From the NCBI GenBank assembly GCA_039591795.1, contig JBDHCY010000015.1, positions 1-56,669 on the forward strand: a DNA stretch of 56,669 nt, read 5' to 3'. Both the position numbers and the translations under genes were made by a program. Of this stretch, positions 28,690 to 38,401 are shown in pieces. Each line of letters starts with the position of its first letter. Within the stretch, counting starts at the first letter, position 1. The notes below the pieces were generated by a model, which made no database searches, was not told the DNA's origin, and was given only the letters and a program-made list of their open reading frames with translations. Origin of the DNA: Gemmatimonadota bacterium. Its GTDB lineage: Bacteria; Gemmatimonadota; Gemmatimonadetes; Gemmatimonadales; GWC2-71-9.

Positions 28690-29088
28690 ATGCCCGGGTC
28701 GACAGAACGCGGTTTCACGCTCATCGAGCTCTTGATCGTGGTAGTGATCATCGGGATCCTCGCGGCGATCGCGATCCCGAAGTTCGCCAACACGAAGGAG
28801 AAATCCTTCGTGGCCACGATGAAGAGCGATCTGCGCAACCTCGCGGTGGCGCAGGAGGCTTATCTGTACGAGACAGGCATGTACACCGGGAACCTCGTGG
28901 CCCTGCGCGTCATTCCTTCGCGGGGTGTGACGATCACCGTCAACGAGGCAACGGCCGCCGGCTGGTCCGCCACACTCACCCATGCTCACCTGGAGGCGAC
29001 GCCGCCTGCCATGCGGTGTTACATGTTCGTCGGTGGTGCGGCACCGATCGGACCCGCCCTCACGGAAGGAATTCTCGTCTGCTCCTGA
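28690..29088 (+). CDS. Type IV pilin (class III signal peptide)
   Basis: RG|FTLIELLIVVVIIGILAAIAIPKF…KSDLRNL and a C-terminal Cys pair. Start placed at ATG 28690. Confidence 0.93.
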   Translation: MPGSTERGFTLIELLIVVVIIGILAAIAIPKFANTKEKSFVATMKSDLRNLAVAQEAYLYETGMYTGNLVALRVIPSRGVTITVNEATAAGWSATLTHAHLEATPPAMRCYMFVGGAAPIGPALTEGILVCS

Positions 29089-29169
29089 GGCGCCGGGTTG
29101 CGGCGACGAGTCCTGCTTGACGATACTCCCAGTCACTGAAACAACCGCTTAAAAGGCTTTGGAGGTCCC

Positions 29170-30666
29170 GTGAGCGTATTGTCCTGGCGCCGCGTCGCCG
29201 CCTGCGCACTGGTTGCCCTCGGGCTCGCGTGCCAGGATGGGTTCGAAGAGTTTGCAGTTCTCTACTTCGGGTTGGAAGTACAGGTCCAGGACTCAGTGAT
29301 CTTTCGCCAGCGGAGTCAATCGATGCTCGCGATTGCGCCGTGCTCACTGCCCAATCCGTGTCTCTTGCTCTCGAGTCAGGTATCGTGGTCGTCCACCAAC
29401 CCTGCGCGCGCCGCGGTGAGTGCCCAAGGAGTGGTGACAGGTGGGACGGACACCGGAGGCGTGTACATCAAAGCAACATTTCAGTCTTTCGTCGACAGCC
29501 AGTTCATGCGTGTGGTCGACCATGGCTCGTTCAGGTGGCGAGCACAGCTGACCGGCAACGTGTCGGCTTCCGCAGCGAGCGTCGGCTTCGCTGACACAGC
29601 CCTCGCGGTTCTCGTCATCCATGGTGGGGGAACGGGGTCGAGTCTCCTGCGCCGGTTGTCGCTCGATGGCAGCCAAGTGTGGGAGGTGGCAACCTGCCCT
29701 GCTGGATCCGTCGCACCGTCGTCGGCTGGGCTGATCCTGACATCGGGGGATGGGTGTACGCGTGCCCATGGGCCGGGGGACGGAGCTGAAGCATGGTCGT
29801 TGAGCCTGGGGCTGGCAGGTGCTGGAGCAGCCCAACGCCGTTCGTCGAGTTGGCTTGTGACCCACGTGGTGGCGTCTGGTGGAGCGGGGGAGCCCGAGGC
29901 GCTTGCTGTGAGCCGGTTCTCCTCGGTCGGGGCTGAGCTCCGACGGGATACTGTCTACACGGCGGCGTCGATAGCGCTTCCAACCACCACGCCAGCCGTG
30001 GCCGCGAACGGGGGACCCGTGCTCGCATGGCTCACGAACGGTACGCCCGTACTCGGCGCGTTCGACTCGCTCGGCGCCCAGATCTTCGTCGATACGCTGA
30101 CCGCGTCGCCGACGGGTCGTGCCGTGTCGTTTGGGGCGAACGGCGCTATCCTGGTCGGCACAGACGACGGCCTGTTCGCATTCAACGGGACTGGTGGCCT
30201 AGCGTGGTCGGCCGGTGCGGCCGGCGACATCGTCTCTACGCCCGTGGGCGACAGCGACGGAAACGTCTACGTGCTCACTGCCGGTGGTCTCGCGAGCTAC
30301 AGCTCCGACGGGCAGCTGCGGTGGCTGGCCGACTCGCTCGGCTCGGGAAGTGCCGGAGTGAGCCCCGCACCCGTTGCTCTCAGCAACGGGGAGGTACTAT
30401 CGCTCTGCAAGAGCAATCAGTTCCTCTGTTGGGTTGACCGAGCCACTGGCGCCGTGCTCGGAAGCGTCGATCTCGGCGCGCGCAGCTCGGCAACCCCGGC
30501 CGTTGCTTCCGACGGCACGACGATCGTGGTGCTGGGGAATGTCGGACAGAGCGGTACCGGCCTACCGGGGCTCCTCGCGGTGTACGGTCGCGAGGGTCCT
30601 CTCAACGTCGGCTGGCCGGCCGAGGGGCGCACTGCAACACTGCCACGGCCGGCGCAACCCCCATGA
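29170..30666 (+). CDS. Lipoprotein with Ig-like (Big_2) domain and PQQ-type beta-propeller repeats
   Basis: Lipobox LGLAC, WSSTNP..A.VS..GVVTG (Big_2), and repeated …STP…DG.vYV…L.a…G..W motifs. Confidence 0.8.
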   Translation: MSVLSWRRVAACALVALGLACQDGFEEFAVLYFGLEVQVQDSVIFRQRSQSMLAIAPCSLPNPCLLLSSQVSWSSTNPARAAVSAQGVVTGGTDTGGVYIKATFQSFVDSQFMRVVDHGSFRWRAQLTGNVSASAASVGFADTALAVLVIHGGGTGSSLLRRLSLDGSQVWEVATCPAGSVAPSSAGLILTSGDGCTRAHGPGDGAEAWSLSLGLAGAGAAQRRSSSWLVTHVVASGGAGEPEALAVSRFSSVGAELRRDTVYTAASIALPTTTPAVAANGGPVLAWLTNGTPVLGAFDSLGAQIFVDTLTASPTGRAVSFGANGAILVGTDDGLFAFNGTGGLAWSAGAAGDIVSTPVGDSDGNVYVLTAGGLASYSSDGQLRWLADSLGSGSAGVSPAPVALSNGEVLSLCKSNQFLCWVDRATGAVLGSVDLGARSSATPAVASDGTTIVVLGNVGQSGTGLPGLLAVYGREGPLNVGWPAEGRTATLPRPAQPP

Positions 30667-30854
30667 GTTGGGCAGTCAGGACGTCGGCAAAGGCGAAAGC
30701 GCCGCTGACGCAGAGAGTTCACAATCGAGTGGTGGCGCTTAACTTGCACCATTCGGTCTGGGCGCGACCGAGAAGCTGTCGCAAGAGCCGTGGGCAGCGT
30801 AAGCGTTCTTCCGCCGAGAGGGGTGTTGCCGTGGGACCGGAAGTAGTCTTGTGA
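30663..30854 (+). CDS. Possible 63-aa basic hypothetical protein
   Basis: ATGA and GTGA overlaps with both flanking genes. No recognisable motif. Confidence 0.25.
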   Translation: MSWAVRTSAKAKAPLTQRVHNRVVALNLHHSVWARPRSCRKSRGQRKRSSAERGVAVGPEVVL

Positions 30855-31990
30855 GCTTGGTGGCGGCGGTCCTCGTCGCGCAATTCGCTGGAGCCACAGG
30901 GACGCTGGATTCCGCAGTGAGCGCGGGGATTCGCCAGGGGGTCTATCCGGGCGCGGCGCTCGCGGTGGGACGCGGCGACTCACTTCTTTTCGCACGCGGG
31001 TACGGACGGCATACCTGGAACACATCGTCGGCGCCGATCACACCTGAATCCACGCTGTTCGACCTCGCATCGCTCACGAAGGTGATCGCGACCACGACTG
31101 CGGTCATGATATTGGTGGACGAGGGCCGCGTTGCGCTCGACGCGCCTGTTGTCGAGTACCTCCCGCGGTTTCAAGGTGGGAAGAAGACGACGGTTACCGT
31201 TCGGCAACTACTGGCGCATACCTCAGGGCTGCCGAGCTACCGCCCCTTTTTCCAACTGGCGGACACGCGCGACTCAATGCTGACCCTCGTCTACGCGGAG
31301 CCGTTGCGTGCGGTGCCTGGCGCGCGAATGGAGTACAGCGATCTCAACGCCATCCTGCTGGGTGAACTGGTTGCGGCTGTCGCGGGTGAACCGTTCGAAG
31401 AATTCGTCAAGCGCCGAATCTTCGCTCCGCTCGGGATGCGCGACGCTTGGTTCAGGCCGAGTCGCGCACTCTGGCCCCGCACGGTTCCTACTGGCCAATG
31501 GCGCGGTCACGCAATTCGCGGTGAGGTGAATGACCAAAACGCCGTGCGACTCGGCGGCGTCGCCGGACACGCAGGCCTCTTTGACACGGTGCTCGATATC
31601 GCGCGGTTTGCTCGTTGGGTGCTGGCCGGCGGGGAGCCCTTGGTGCGCGCTCAAACCCTCGATCAGTTTCTCACCCGACAGGACGGCGCCGGGAATCGCG
31701 CCCTGGGCTGGGAAACCGTACCGACGCTCGAAGAAACCAGCAGCGCCGGCCGCTGGCTGAGCCCAGGATCGGTCGGACACACGGGCTTCACCGGAACCTC
31801 GATCTGGATCGATCGAGAGCGTGATCTCTTTGTGATCCTCTTGACGAACCGCGTGTTTGGTCCTCGGGTCCGCAACTCGTTTACTGCACTCAAGCGTGTG
31901 CGCGGATCGGTTGCAGATGCTGCTGCGATCTGGGTCGATGCCGAGCTATGCGCGTCAGGGATGCGGAGCAGCCGGCTCACATGCGAGTGA
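30851..31990 (+). CDS. Serine hydrolase, beta-lactamase/AmpC-like family, exported
   Basis: SLTK (SxxK), YSD, GHAGLF and GHTGFTG. Confidence 0.92.
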   Translation: MSLVAAVLVAQFAGATGTLDSAVSAGIRQGVYPGAALAVGRGDSLLFARGYGRHTWNTSSAPITPESTLFDLASLTKVIATTTAVMILVDEGRVALDAPVVEYLPRFQGGKKTTVTVRQLLAHTSGLPSYRPFFQLADTRDSMLTLVYAEPLRAVPGARMEYSDLNAILLGELVAAVAGEPFEEFVKRRIFAPLGMRDAWFRPSRALWPRTVPTGQWRGHAIRGEVNDQNAVRLGGVAGHAGLFDTVLDIARFARWVLAGGEPLVRAQTLDQFLTRQDGAGNRALGWETVPTLEETSSAGRWLSPGSVGHTGFTGTSIWIDRERDLFVILLTNRVFGPRVRNSFTALKRVRGSVADAAAIWVDAELCASGMRSSRLTCE

Positions 31991-32101
31991 GTCAACCCGT
32001 CTCCAAGCGACAGCTCCGGAGCTTGCCAAGCTTCTTTGATTCGGCCGCGCGTGGGCGTTGAGGAAAGGCTTGTCCAGGGGTAGGTTGCTGGAGGAGGGTG
32101 G

Positions 32102-32398
32102 ATGCCCGAAACAGACGAGCTACAGCAAGCGCTGCGACAGGTCATAGACCCGGAGTTGGGGCTCAACATCGTTGAGCTGGGCCTGGTCTACGGCGTCGAT
32201 GCGCAGGAGGGCGACGTCGAGGTCCGCATGACGCTGACCTCGCCGGGCTGCCCAGCGGGTCCGCAGATCATGGACGACGTTCAGCGGACGCTCAAGATGC
32301 TCGATGGCGTGACGAGCGTAAACGTCGAGCTTGTTTGGGAGCCCTACTGGACTCCCGAGAGGATCGACCCAAAGGTCCGGGCAGTCCTCGGCCTCTAG
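32102..32398 (+). CDS. Metal-sulfur cluster assembly factor (DUF59/SufT-like)
   Basis: VIDPELGLNIVELGLVY, MTLTSPGCP and WEPYWTPE. Confidence 0.93.
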   Translation: MPETDELQQALRQVIDPELGLNIVELGLVYGVDAQEGDVEVRMTLTSPGCPAGPQIMDDVQRTLKMLDGVTSVNVELVWEPYWTPERIDPKVRAVLGL

Positions 32399-33534
32399 TT
32401 CCCCAGCGCGTCGAGGAACTTCGGGCCCAGCAAGTCGAGCTGCCACCGCCGGAGGTCGGGTACTCGCGAAAGATCGTGAGCGCTGCCTGGGCGCGCGCGC
32501 GCGATTGCCTCGAGCAGCGGTTTTCCGCACAAGACCCCCGAGTCCAGCCCCAATTCGTCAGCCAGCCGGTTTCGCACGCCTTTGAGTCGCTCGACTCGCT
32601 CCACGTGGTCGGGATCGTAGGTGGCTCTGGGAACGCGGACCCGTCGGGGCAAGTCGTCCTCATGCACTGCCAGCGCCTTGGCGACGGAGCGGATGAGGTC
32701 CGGGCCGTAGCGAGATCGGAGCGCGGCCGGAAGCTCGGTCACCTCGCCCAGCGCTTGTTTGGACCGGGGAAGCTTCCGGGCCAGCCCCAGGAGCGCGTCA
32801 TTGGAGACGATTCGGAACGGTGGCCGATCGCGGCGGCGGGCCTGCCCTTCCCTCCACTCGAATAGGTACTGGAGGGCGAGCCGTTCACGCGCCCCGAGCT
32901 GTCGGGCTCCTTTGATGCGCAGATGCGGGTCGGGCCGGGTGTCGGCGCCAGTCCAGCGGACCGCCTCGGCTCGCTCGAACTCCTCGAGAGCCCATTGGAG
33001 GCGGCCGCGTTCATCTAGAAGATCCTGGAGGACGTCGCGTAGCGCAATCAGGTGGGCAGTGTCGGCAGCGGCGTAGGAGATCATGTCGGCGGGCAGCGGT
33101 CGCTGCGACCAGTCCGCTCGTTGAAATCGCTTCGTTAGACGCACGCCGAGATGGCGCTCCAAGAGACCAGCCAAGCCAATGGCGGGCTCGCCAAGGAGTT
33201 GGGCGGCGATTCTCGTGTCGAACAGGTGGCGCGCGCGAAAGCCGTAGTCGCGGTCGAGAATCCGAAGGTCGTAATCGGCGTCGTGAAAGATGACTTCGAT
33301 GTCTGGGTCGGCGAGGAGCGCACCGAGCGGCTCGAGGTCGAGAACCGCCAACGGGTCCAGTACCGCGTTGGTGGCACGAGTCGAGACCTGCACCAGATAG
33401 ACCCGGTCAACGTAGCGATGAAAGCTGGCCGCCTCGGTGTCAATTGCGATGACCGGCTCGGCGCGAGCCAGATCGGTGAACGATTGAAGCGCCCCGGCGG
33501 ACTCGATCAGAATGACATCCTGCACGTCAGTCAC
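32395..33534 (-). CDS. rnd: Ribonuclease D (3'-5' exonuclease + HRDC)
   Basis: IAIDTE, LVQV, FHDADYD, FDTRIAA, ADWSQRPL, YAAADT and HRDC repeats. Confidence 0.92.
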   Translation of the reverse strand: MTDVQDVILIESAGALQSFTDLARAEPVIAIDTEAASFHRYVDRVYLVQVSTRATNAVLDPLAVLDLEPLGALLADPDIEVIFHDADYDLRILDRDYGFRARHLFDTRIAAQLLGEPAIGLAGLLERHLGVRLTKRFQRADWSQRPLPADMISYAAADTAHLIALRDVLQDLLDERGRLQWALEEFERAEAVRWTGADTRPDPHLRIKGARQLGARERLALQYLFEWREGQARRRDRPPFRIVSNDALLGLARKLPRSKQALGEVTELPAALRSRYGPDLIRSVAKALAVHEDDLPRRVRVPRATYDPDHVERVERLKGVRNRLADELGLDSGVLCGKPLLEAIARARPGSAHDLSRVPDLRRWQLDLLGPKFLDALGN

Positions 33535-33623
33535 GGCGTTCCTCGACCAATTCCCATCATCTGCTGCTGAAGCGACGGCGTAGGAACATAGCGGGACACG
33601 GCGGTGAAGGATAAGGTCGGCTG

Positions 33624-34415
33624 ATGGAGCGGCAAATCGACTTGGGCGATGCCAAGATCGCGTTCGACCGATTTGGCAAAGGGCCGGCGGTGCTCTTCGT
33701 CCACGGGTTCCCCTTCGACCGCTCGATGTGGCGGTCGCAGGTGCGCGCGCTCAGCCACCTCGAAAGGCTCGTTCCGGATCTTCGTGGGCTGGGAAACTCC
33801 GAGCTGGGTGCCGGGGTGGTGACGATGGCGTCGTACGCTGACGACCTCATTGGGCTATTGGACCGATGGGGGTTGAAAAGGGTCATCGTGTGCGGGTTGT
33901 CGATGGGTGGCTACGTCGCTCTCGAGATCATGCGCCGGCACCCCGAGAGAGTGCGCGGGCTCGTGCTGATGGACACCCGTGCGGAGGGGGACTCTCCGGA
34001 GGCTAGGCAAGCACGGGACGATATGGCGGCGGCTGCGAGTGAGGGGATGGGGTCGATTTTCCGAGAGATGGCGCCGCGACTGCTGGCGGAGGGCACAACC
34101 GAGCGGCGGCCGAAGGTCGTCGGAGAGCTGCGGGCGATGATCCTCGGAGCGCCGGTTCCTGGGGTGCTTGCCGCCCTGCGCGCGATGCGCGAGCGGGCAG
34201 ACGCCCGCGACTGGCTCGGTGAGATTCGGGTGCCTACGCTGGTCGTCGTAGGCGCGGAAGACCGTGTGACCCCGGTTGCCACGGCAACTGACCTGGCTCG
34301 ACGCATCTCCGAAGCGACGCTGGCAATCGTGCCCGGAGCCGGTCACCTGCCGCCGTTGGAGCGTCCCCATCTGACGACACGACTCCTCGCGGATTTTGTC
34401 AGCCGCGTGGGATGA
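33624..34415 (+). CDS. Alpha/beta-fold hydrolase
   Basis: HGFP, PDLRGLG, GLSMGG nucleophile elbow, GAED and GHL. Confidence 0.93.
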   Translation: MERQIDLGDAKIAFDRFGKGPAVLFVHGFPFDRSMWRSQVRALSHLERLVPDLRGLGNSELGAGVVTMASYADDLIGLLDRWGLKRVIVCGLSMGGYVALEIMRRHPERVRGLVLMDTRAEGDSPEARQARDDMAAAASEGMGSIFREMAPRLLAEGTTERRPKVVGELRAMILGAPVPGVLAALRAMRERADARDWLGEIRVPTLVVVGAEDRVTPVATATDLARRISEATLAIVPGAGHLPPLERPHLTTRLLADFVSRVG

Positions 34416-34470
34416 GCGCCCGAGGGGGGCCGGTGAATCTGAATGGGGTGTGGTGCGGAGCGGTTCGCGC

Positions 34471-34734
34471 TCAGTGTTGCGGAGGACCGGGTGGGTTCGG
34501 GCCCTCGAAGACCTCGCGGTTCTTGGCGATGTAGTCCTGCCATTGGGGTGGCACATCTTCCTCGGGGAAGATGGCAGTTACGGGGCACTCCGGCTCGCAG
34601 GCTCCACAGTCAATGCACTCGTCAGGGTGGATGTACAGCATGTCCTCCCCTTCGTATATGCAATCGACCGGGCACACGTCGACGCAGCCCCGATCCTTCA
34701 CATCGATACACGGTTCGACAATCACGTAGGTCAT
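34471..34734 (-). CDS. fdxA: Dicluster (7Fe-type) ferredoxin
   Basis: [26 protein letters not shown]…[12 protein letters not shown]. Confidence 0.93.
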   Translation of the reverse strand: MTYVIVEPCIDVKDRGCVDVCPVDCIYEGEDMLYIHPDECIDCGACEPECPVTAIFPEEDVPPQWQDYIAKNREVFEGPNPPGPPQH

Positions 34735-34820
34735 GCAGGCTCTCTCCGATGCGCCACGCAGGCAATCGAGTAGAGCACAATCTCCTGTCGTAGGCCTTCC
34801 GTCAAGTGCATGTGGGCCAC

Positions 34821-35375
34821 CTAGTGTGACGCATGCTCGCGGGCAAAGGGTGCCCCGTAGCGGCCGGGTGGCTCGTAACGCTTGAGCCATTCGGACCGGA
34901 GACAAAAGGGATCGGCCCCGACTGGCTGGTCGATGGCAAGGACACCGTCGAGGTGGTCGATCTCGTGTTGCACGAGTTCTGCCATGTCACCACTGAGGTC
35001 GGTACGATGCTCGCGGCCGCGGAGGTCGAGGTAGCGAAGCGTGACATCGTGTGCGCGAGCGACGCGAACCATGAGCTGTGGGAACGAGAAACAGTCGTCC
35101 CAGACCTCGAAGTCGTCGGGACCGATATCGACGATCTCGGGATTCACCATGGTCATGCGGTGCTTCGAGAGTTCGACGAAGACAAGGCGCACGGGTGCGC
35201 CGATCTGAGGTGCCGCGAGGGCGCGGCCCATGTGAAATTGTTGTTTCGCGCGACGGAGCGTGTCGCGCAGGTCGTCGGCGACCAGCCGTACCGCCGGGCT
35301 CCGTGGATCGGAGGCGGGCGCGCAGCGGACGCGGAGAATTGGGTCGCCAAGCACTCGAATTCGGCGTCGGGCCAT
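34821..35375 (-). CDS. def: Peptide deformylase-like protein (variant motifs)
   Basis: [19 protein letters not shown] in place of EGCLS, and QHEIDHLDG. Start placed at ATG 35375. Confidence 0.85.
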   Translation of the reverse strand: MARRRIRVLGDPILRVRCAPASDPRSPAVRLVADDLRDTLRRAKQQFHMGRALAAPQIGAPVRLVFVELSKHRMTMVNPEIVDIGPDDFEVWDDCFSFPQLMVRVARAHDVTLRYLDLRGREHRTDLSGDMAELVQHEIDHLDGVLAIDQPVGADPFCLRSEWLKRYEPPGRYGAPFAREHASH

Positions 35376-35408
35376 GGCGCGAATATGGGAGAATGGCTCG
35401 AGAGGGCA

Positions 35409-36023
35409 ATGGGGAGTATCCTCCACGGCGTGCGCGTGATCGGTGTCGTGCTGGCAGCCGGGCGCTCGGTGCGCATGGGAAGGCCCAAGGCGCTCCTGGA
35501 TCTCGGCGGACGCTCGTTTCTCGAGGTCGTGCTGGCCGCCATGCATCGAGCCGGAGTCAAGTCACGGGTCGTGGTCGCAGGCCCGAATTCGCAGGCGTTT
35601 CAGGGCTTTGTGCCGGAAGATGTGCGCCTCGTCGCCGAGGGCACCGGGCCGGAGCCTATCGATTCGATTCGCGCGGCAATGGCGGTAGCCGACTGGGCGG
35701 AGGCCATGCTGGTTTGGCCGGTGGACCACCCGCACGTTGAGCCGGATACTGCTAGGGCACTGTTGGCCGCCTACGGCCGTGAAAGGGCCCCGATCGTGGC
35801 CCCGTCGTTCAGCGGTCACCGCGGTCATCCAATGATCTGGGGGCGTGAGACGTGGGAGGCATTGCGAAGCGACCCCGCGACGGAGCGCGAGGGGGCACGA
35901 GCGATCGCGCGACGCATTCCGGTGCTGCATGTCGACGTAGACGACGAGGCGGTGATTGAGGACATCGACACGCCCGCAGCCTACGCGCGGTTGGTGAAGC
36001 GGTGGGGAGGCCAGCCCGAATGA
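35409..36023 (+). CDS. MocA-like nucleotidyltransferase (NTP_transf_3)
   Basis: LAAGRSVRMGRPK, PVDHP, GHP and DIDTP..Y. Start is ATG 35409 or GTG 35430. Confidence 0.88.
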   Translation: MGSILHGVRVIGVVLAAGRSVRMGRPKALLDLGGRSFLEVVLAAMHRAGVKSRVVVAGPNSQAFQGFVPEDVRLVAEGTGPEPIDSIRAAMAVADWAEAMLVWPVDHPHVEPDTARALLAAYGRERAPIVAPSFSGHRGHPMIWGRETWEALRSDPATEREGARAIARRIPVLHVDVDDEAVIEDIDTPAAYARLVKRWGGQPE

Positions 36024-36961
36024 GTCACGCGGTCGTGCTGCTCGAAGGTGTGACAAAGCACTTCACAGAGCACAGAGCAGTTGATGCGCTTTCGCTGGGC
36101 GTTCGCGAAGGCATCGTCTACGGTCTCCTCGGGCCGAATGGTGCGGGCAAGACCACAACGATCCGCATGATTGTGCGTATCCTGCTCCCAGACGCCGGTC
36201 GGGTTGTTCTTTTCGGGCAGGAGGCCAGCCGTGATCTCTCGCATCTCATTGGCTACCTGCCGGAGGAGCGTGGGCTCTACCGGAAGATGCGTGTGCTCGA
36301 GGTGTTGGTATTCCTCGCAGAGGCGAGGGGGATCCGGCGCAGTGAAGCCGAACAGCGATCGCGTAAGTGGTTGCAACGAATGCACTTAGGGGATTGGACC
36401 AACCGTCGCGTCGAAGAACTCTCGAAGGGCATGCAACAGAAGGTACAGTTCATTGGGACCGTGCTTCACGACCCGCGCTTGATCGTACTCGACGAACCCT
36501 TCGCCGGGCTGGACCCGGTGAACGTGCAAGTACTCAAGGACACGGTGGTCGAGTTGAAACGTGGCGGCACCACGGTGTTGTTCTCAACGCACGTGATGGA
36601 GCAAGCTGAGAAGGTCTGCGATGAGGTGTGCATCATGGTAGGTGGTCGCAAGGTCGCTGAGGGGGGCATCGCGGACGTGAAGCGTGGCCACGGGGGAAGG
36701 CACGTGGTCGTCGGCTTTGAAGCTGGTGGTGACGCTGTCCCTCCCGTCTTTCGCGACCGGAGAATCGTCGCCCACGTTGACGATTACGGGAGCTATGCCG
36801 AAGTCGAGCTGGGCCCAGAGGTGCAACCACACGAACTCTTGGCGGAACTCGTTGCAGGCGGAGCGCGGTTGCGGCGATTCGAGGTGGCGGAGCCGACACT
36901 GCACAAGGTATTTGTCGACCTCGCTGGGGGCGACGGAGGAGTGGGCAGGGGGGAAGGGTGA
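36020..36961 (+). CDS. ABC transporter ATP-binding protein (NatA-like, DUF4162 tail)
   Basis: GPNGAGKTT, YLPEERGLY, LSKGMQQK, LDEPF and FSTH. Confidence 0.95.
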   Translation: MSHAVVLLEGVTKHFTEHRAVDALSLGVREGIVYGLLGPNGAGKTTTIRMIVRILLPDAGRVVLFGQEASRDLSHLIGYLPEERGLYRKMRVLEVLVFLAEARGIRRSEAEQRSRKWLQRMHLGDWTNRRVEELSKGMQQKVQFIGTVLHDPRLIVLDEPFAGLDPVNVQVLKDTVVELKRGGTTVLFSTHVMEQAEKVCDEVCIMVGGRKVAEGGIADVKRGHGGRHVVVGFEAGGDAVPPVFRDRRIVAHVDDYGSYAEVELGPEVQPHELLAELVAGGARLRRFEVAEPTLHKVFVDLAGGDGGVGRGEG

Positions 36962-38247
36962 CGGCCGCGAAGGCATGGGCGGTGATCCGGCGGGAGTTCG
37001 TCACGCGAGTGCGGACGCGGTGGTTTGTCATTTCAACGATATCCGTCCCAGCGTTGCTTTTTGGAACGCTTGTCATCCCGCTCTGGGCGGGTGGCAGGGA
37101 GGGGGGGAGTGTACGCCGCATCGCGGTGCTGGACGCGACACGCTCCAGTTTGGGACCCGCTCTGGAGCGGGAGCTGGCGCGCACGGGTCGGTGGGTCGTA
37201 AGCCGCATTTCCAGCGATGAGGGCGGGCGAGAGCGCATACTCGTCGATTCCCTGAGCGAGCTCGCCATCGGCGGGATTCTGGACGGATTTATCCTGGTGG
37301 GTGAACGGGCGATCACCGATGGGGCTATTGAGTACCACGGATCGAACGCTGGGTCGGTTCGGGAGATGCGAGAGCTGAAGGCTGTGGTCCAACAAACGGT
37401 CTCGTCGGTGCGATTGCGGGAAGCCGGAGTGAGCGCTGTGCTTCTAGCTGAGGCAACGGCCGAGGTGAAGCTCGCAGCGGTAGCTCTGGCTAGGCGGGGC
37501 GGGCGCGAGAGTTCTGGTGAGGGTGCCATCGTCCTGGCGTATCTTATGGCGTTTACGCTATATATAGCACTTTTTGTATATGGGCAGAGTGTGTTGCGGT
37601 CTGTGATCGAGGAGAAGACAACGCGAATCGTGGAGGTGCTTGCCTCGAGCATGCGGCCGGAGACACTGATGGTCGGCAAGGTGATCGGTGTAGGTGCGGT
37701 CGGGTTATTTCAACTCTCGATTTGGGTCCTCTGCGGCATCGTGGCCTACACACTCCGGAATCAGCTGGCGACGTTGCTCGACACGCCGGATGTTGCGTCG
37801 CTTGCCATACCCGGGGTCGGGCTTGGCGCTATGGCTGTCGCGGTTTGCTACTTTACGCTGGGCTTCTTTCTCTTTTCAACGCTCTATGCGGCCGCCGGGG
37901 CGGTTGTAACGTCCGAGCAGGAGGCTCAGCACGCGCAGCTGCCCGTGACGCTCTTGCTAGTTCCCGGAATCTTGGTGTTTCCCGCAGTGCTGGATGATCC
38001 TAGCGGAGGCCTCGGAACCGCGATGAGCTTCATTCCCTTCAGCTCACCGATCATCATGCCAGCCCGTTGGGTGGTCGGCGTTGTGGGGTTCGGAGAGCTC
38101 GCGTGGTCGATAGGGATTCTCATCGCCACGACCGGGATTGGGATCTTGATGGCGGCTAGGATCTACCGCATCGGGATTCTGATGTACGGGAAACGCGCCA
38201 CGGTTGGTGAGATTGCCCACTGGCTCATTACATCCTGGAGGACATAA
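36958..38247 (+). CDS. ABC-2 type permease (NatB/YhaP-like)
   Basis: RREFVTRV, EEKTTRIVEVL, GKVIG, PFSSPIIMP and IYRIGILMYGK. Confidence 0.92.
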   Translation: MTAAKAWAVIRREFVTRVRTRWFVISTISVPALLFGTLVIPLWAGGREGGSVRRIAVLDATRSSLGPALERELARTGRWVVSRISSDEGGRERILVDSLSELAIGGILDGFILVGERAITDGAIEYHGSNAGSVREMRELKAVVQQTVSSVRLREAGVSAVLLAEATAEVKLAAVALARRGGRESSGEGAIVLAYLMAFTLYIALFVYGQSVLRSVIEEKTTRIVEVLASSMRPETLMVGKVIGVGAVGLFQLSIWVLCGIVAYTLRNQLATLLDTPDVASLAIPGVGLGAMAVAVCYFTLGFFLFSTLYAAAGAVVTSEQEAQHAQLPVTLLLVPGILVFPAVLDDPSGGLGTAMSFIPFSSPIIMPARWVVGVVGFGELAWSIGILIATTGIGILMAARIYRIGILMYGKRATVGEIAHWLITSWRT

Positions 38248-38329
38248 GTTATTGTCCTCGAGTGTCTTTGGGCGATCTGAGCAGTAAACTGACACTGCAG
38301 AGAATCGGCTTCGAGTTCCACGTACCGCA

Positions 38330-38345
38330 CGTTTCACGTGAAACG
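38330..38345. promoter_or_regulatory. parS site 1
   Basis: CGTTTCACGTGAAACG, a perfect palindrome matching the parS consensus. Confidence 0.92.
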
Positions 38346-38385
38346 GTCCGAGGCACCAGCCGGCGGACTGCCCAATAACCACACT

Positions 38386-38401
38386 CGTTTCACGTGAAAC
38401 A
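38386..38401. promoter_or_regulatory. parS site 2
   Basis: CGTTTCACGTGAAACA. Confidence 0.92.

Noticed and set aside
28714-29088. Conductive e-pilin (Geobacter PilA-like SDLRNL, aromatics at 1, 24, 32, 50 and 57)
   Set aside because: Position 27 is Thr and only about 9 of 124 mature residues are F/W/Y, below the usual criteria.
30686-30715. c-di-GMP-I (GEMM) riboswitch-like words GGCAAA…GAAA…GACGCAGAG
   Set aside because: The stem between GCAAA and GAC is asymmetric (3 versus 8 nt) and does not fit the motif.
38314-38329. Third parS site (AGTTCCACGTACCGCA)
   Set aside because: Only one half-site matches.
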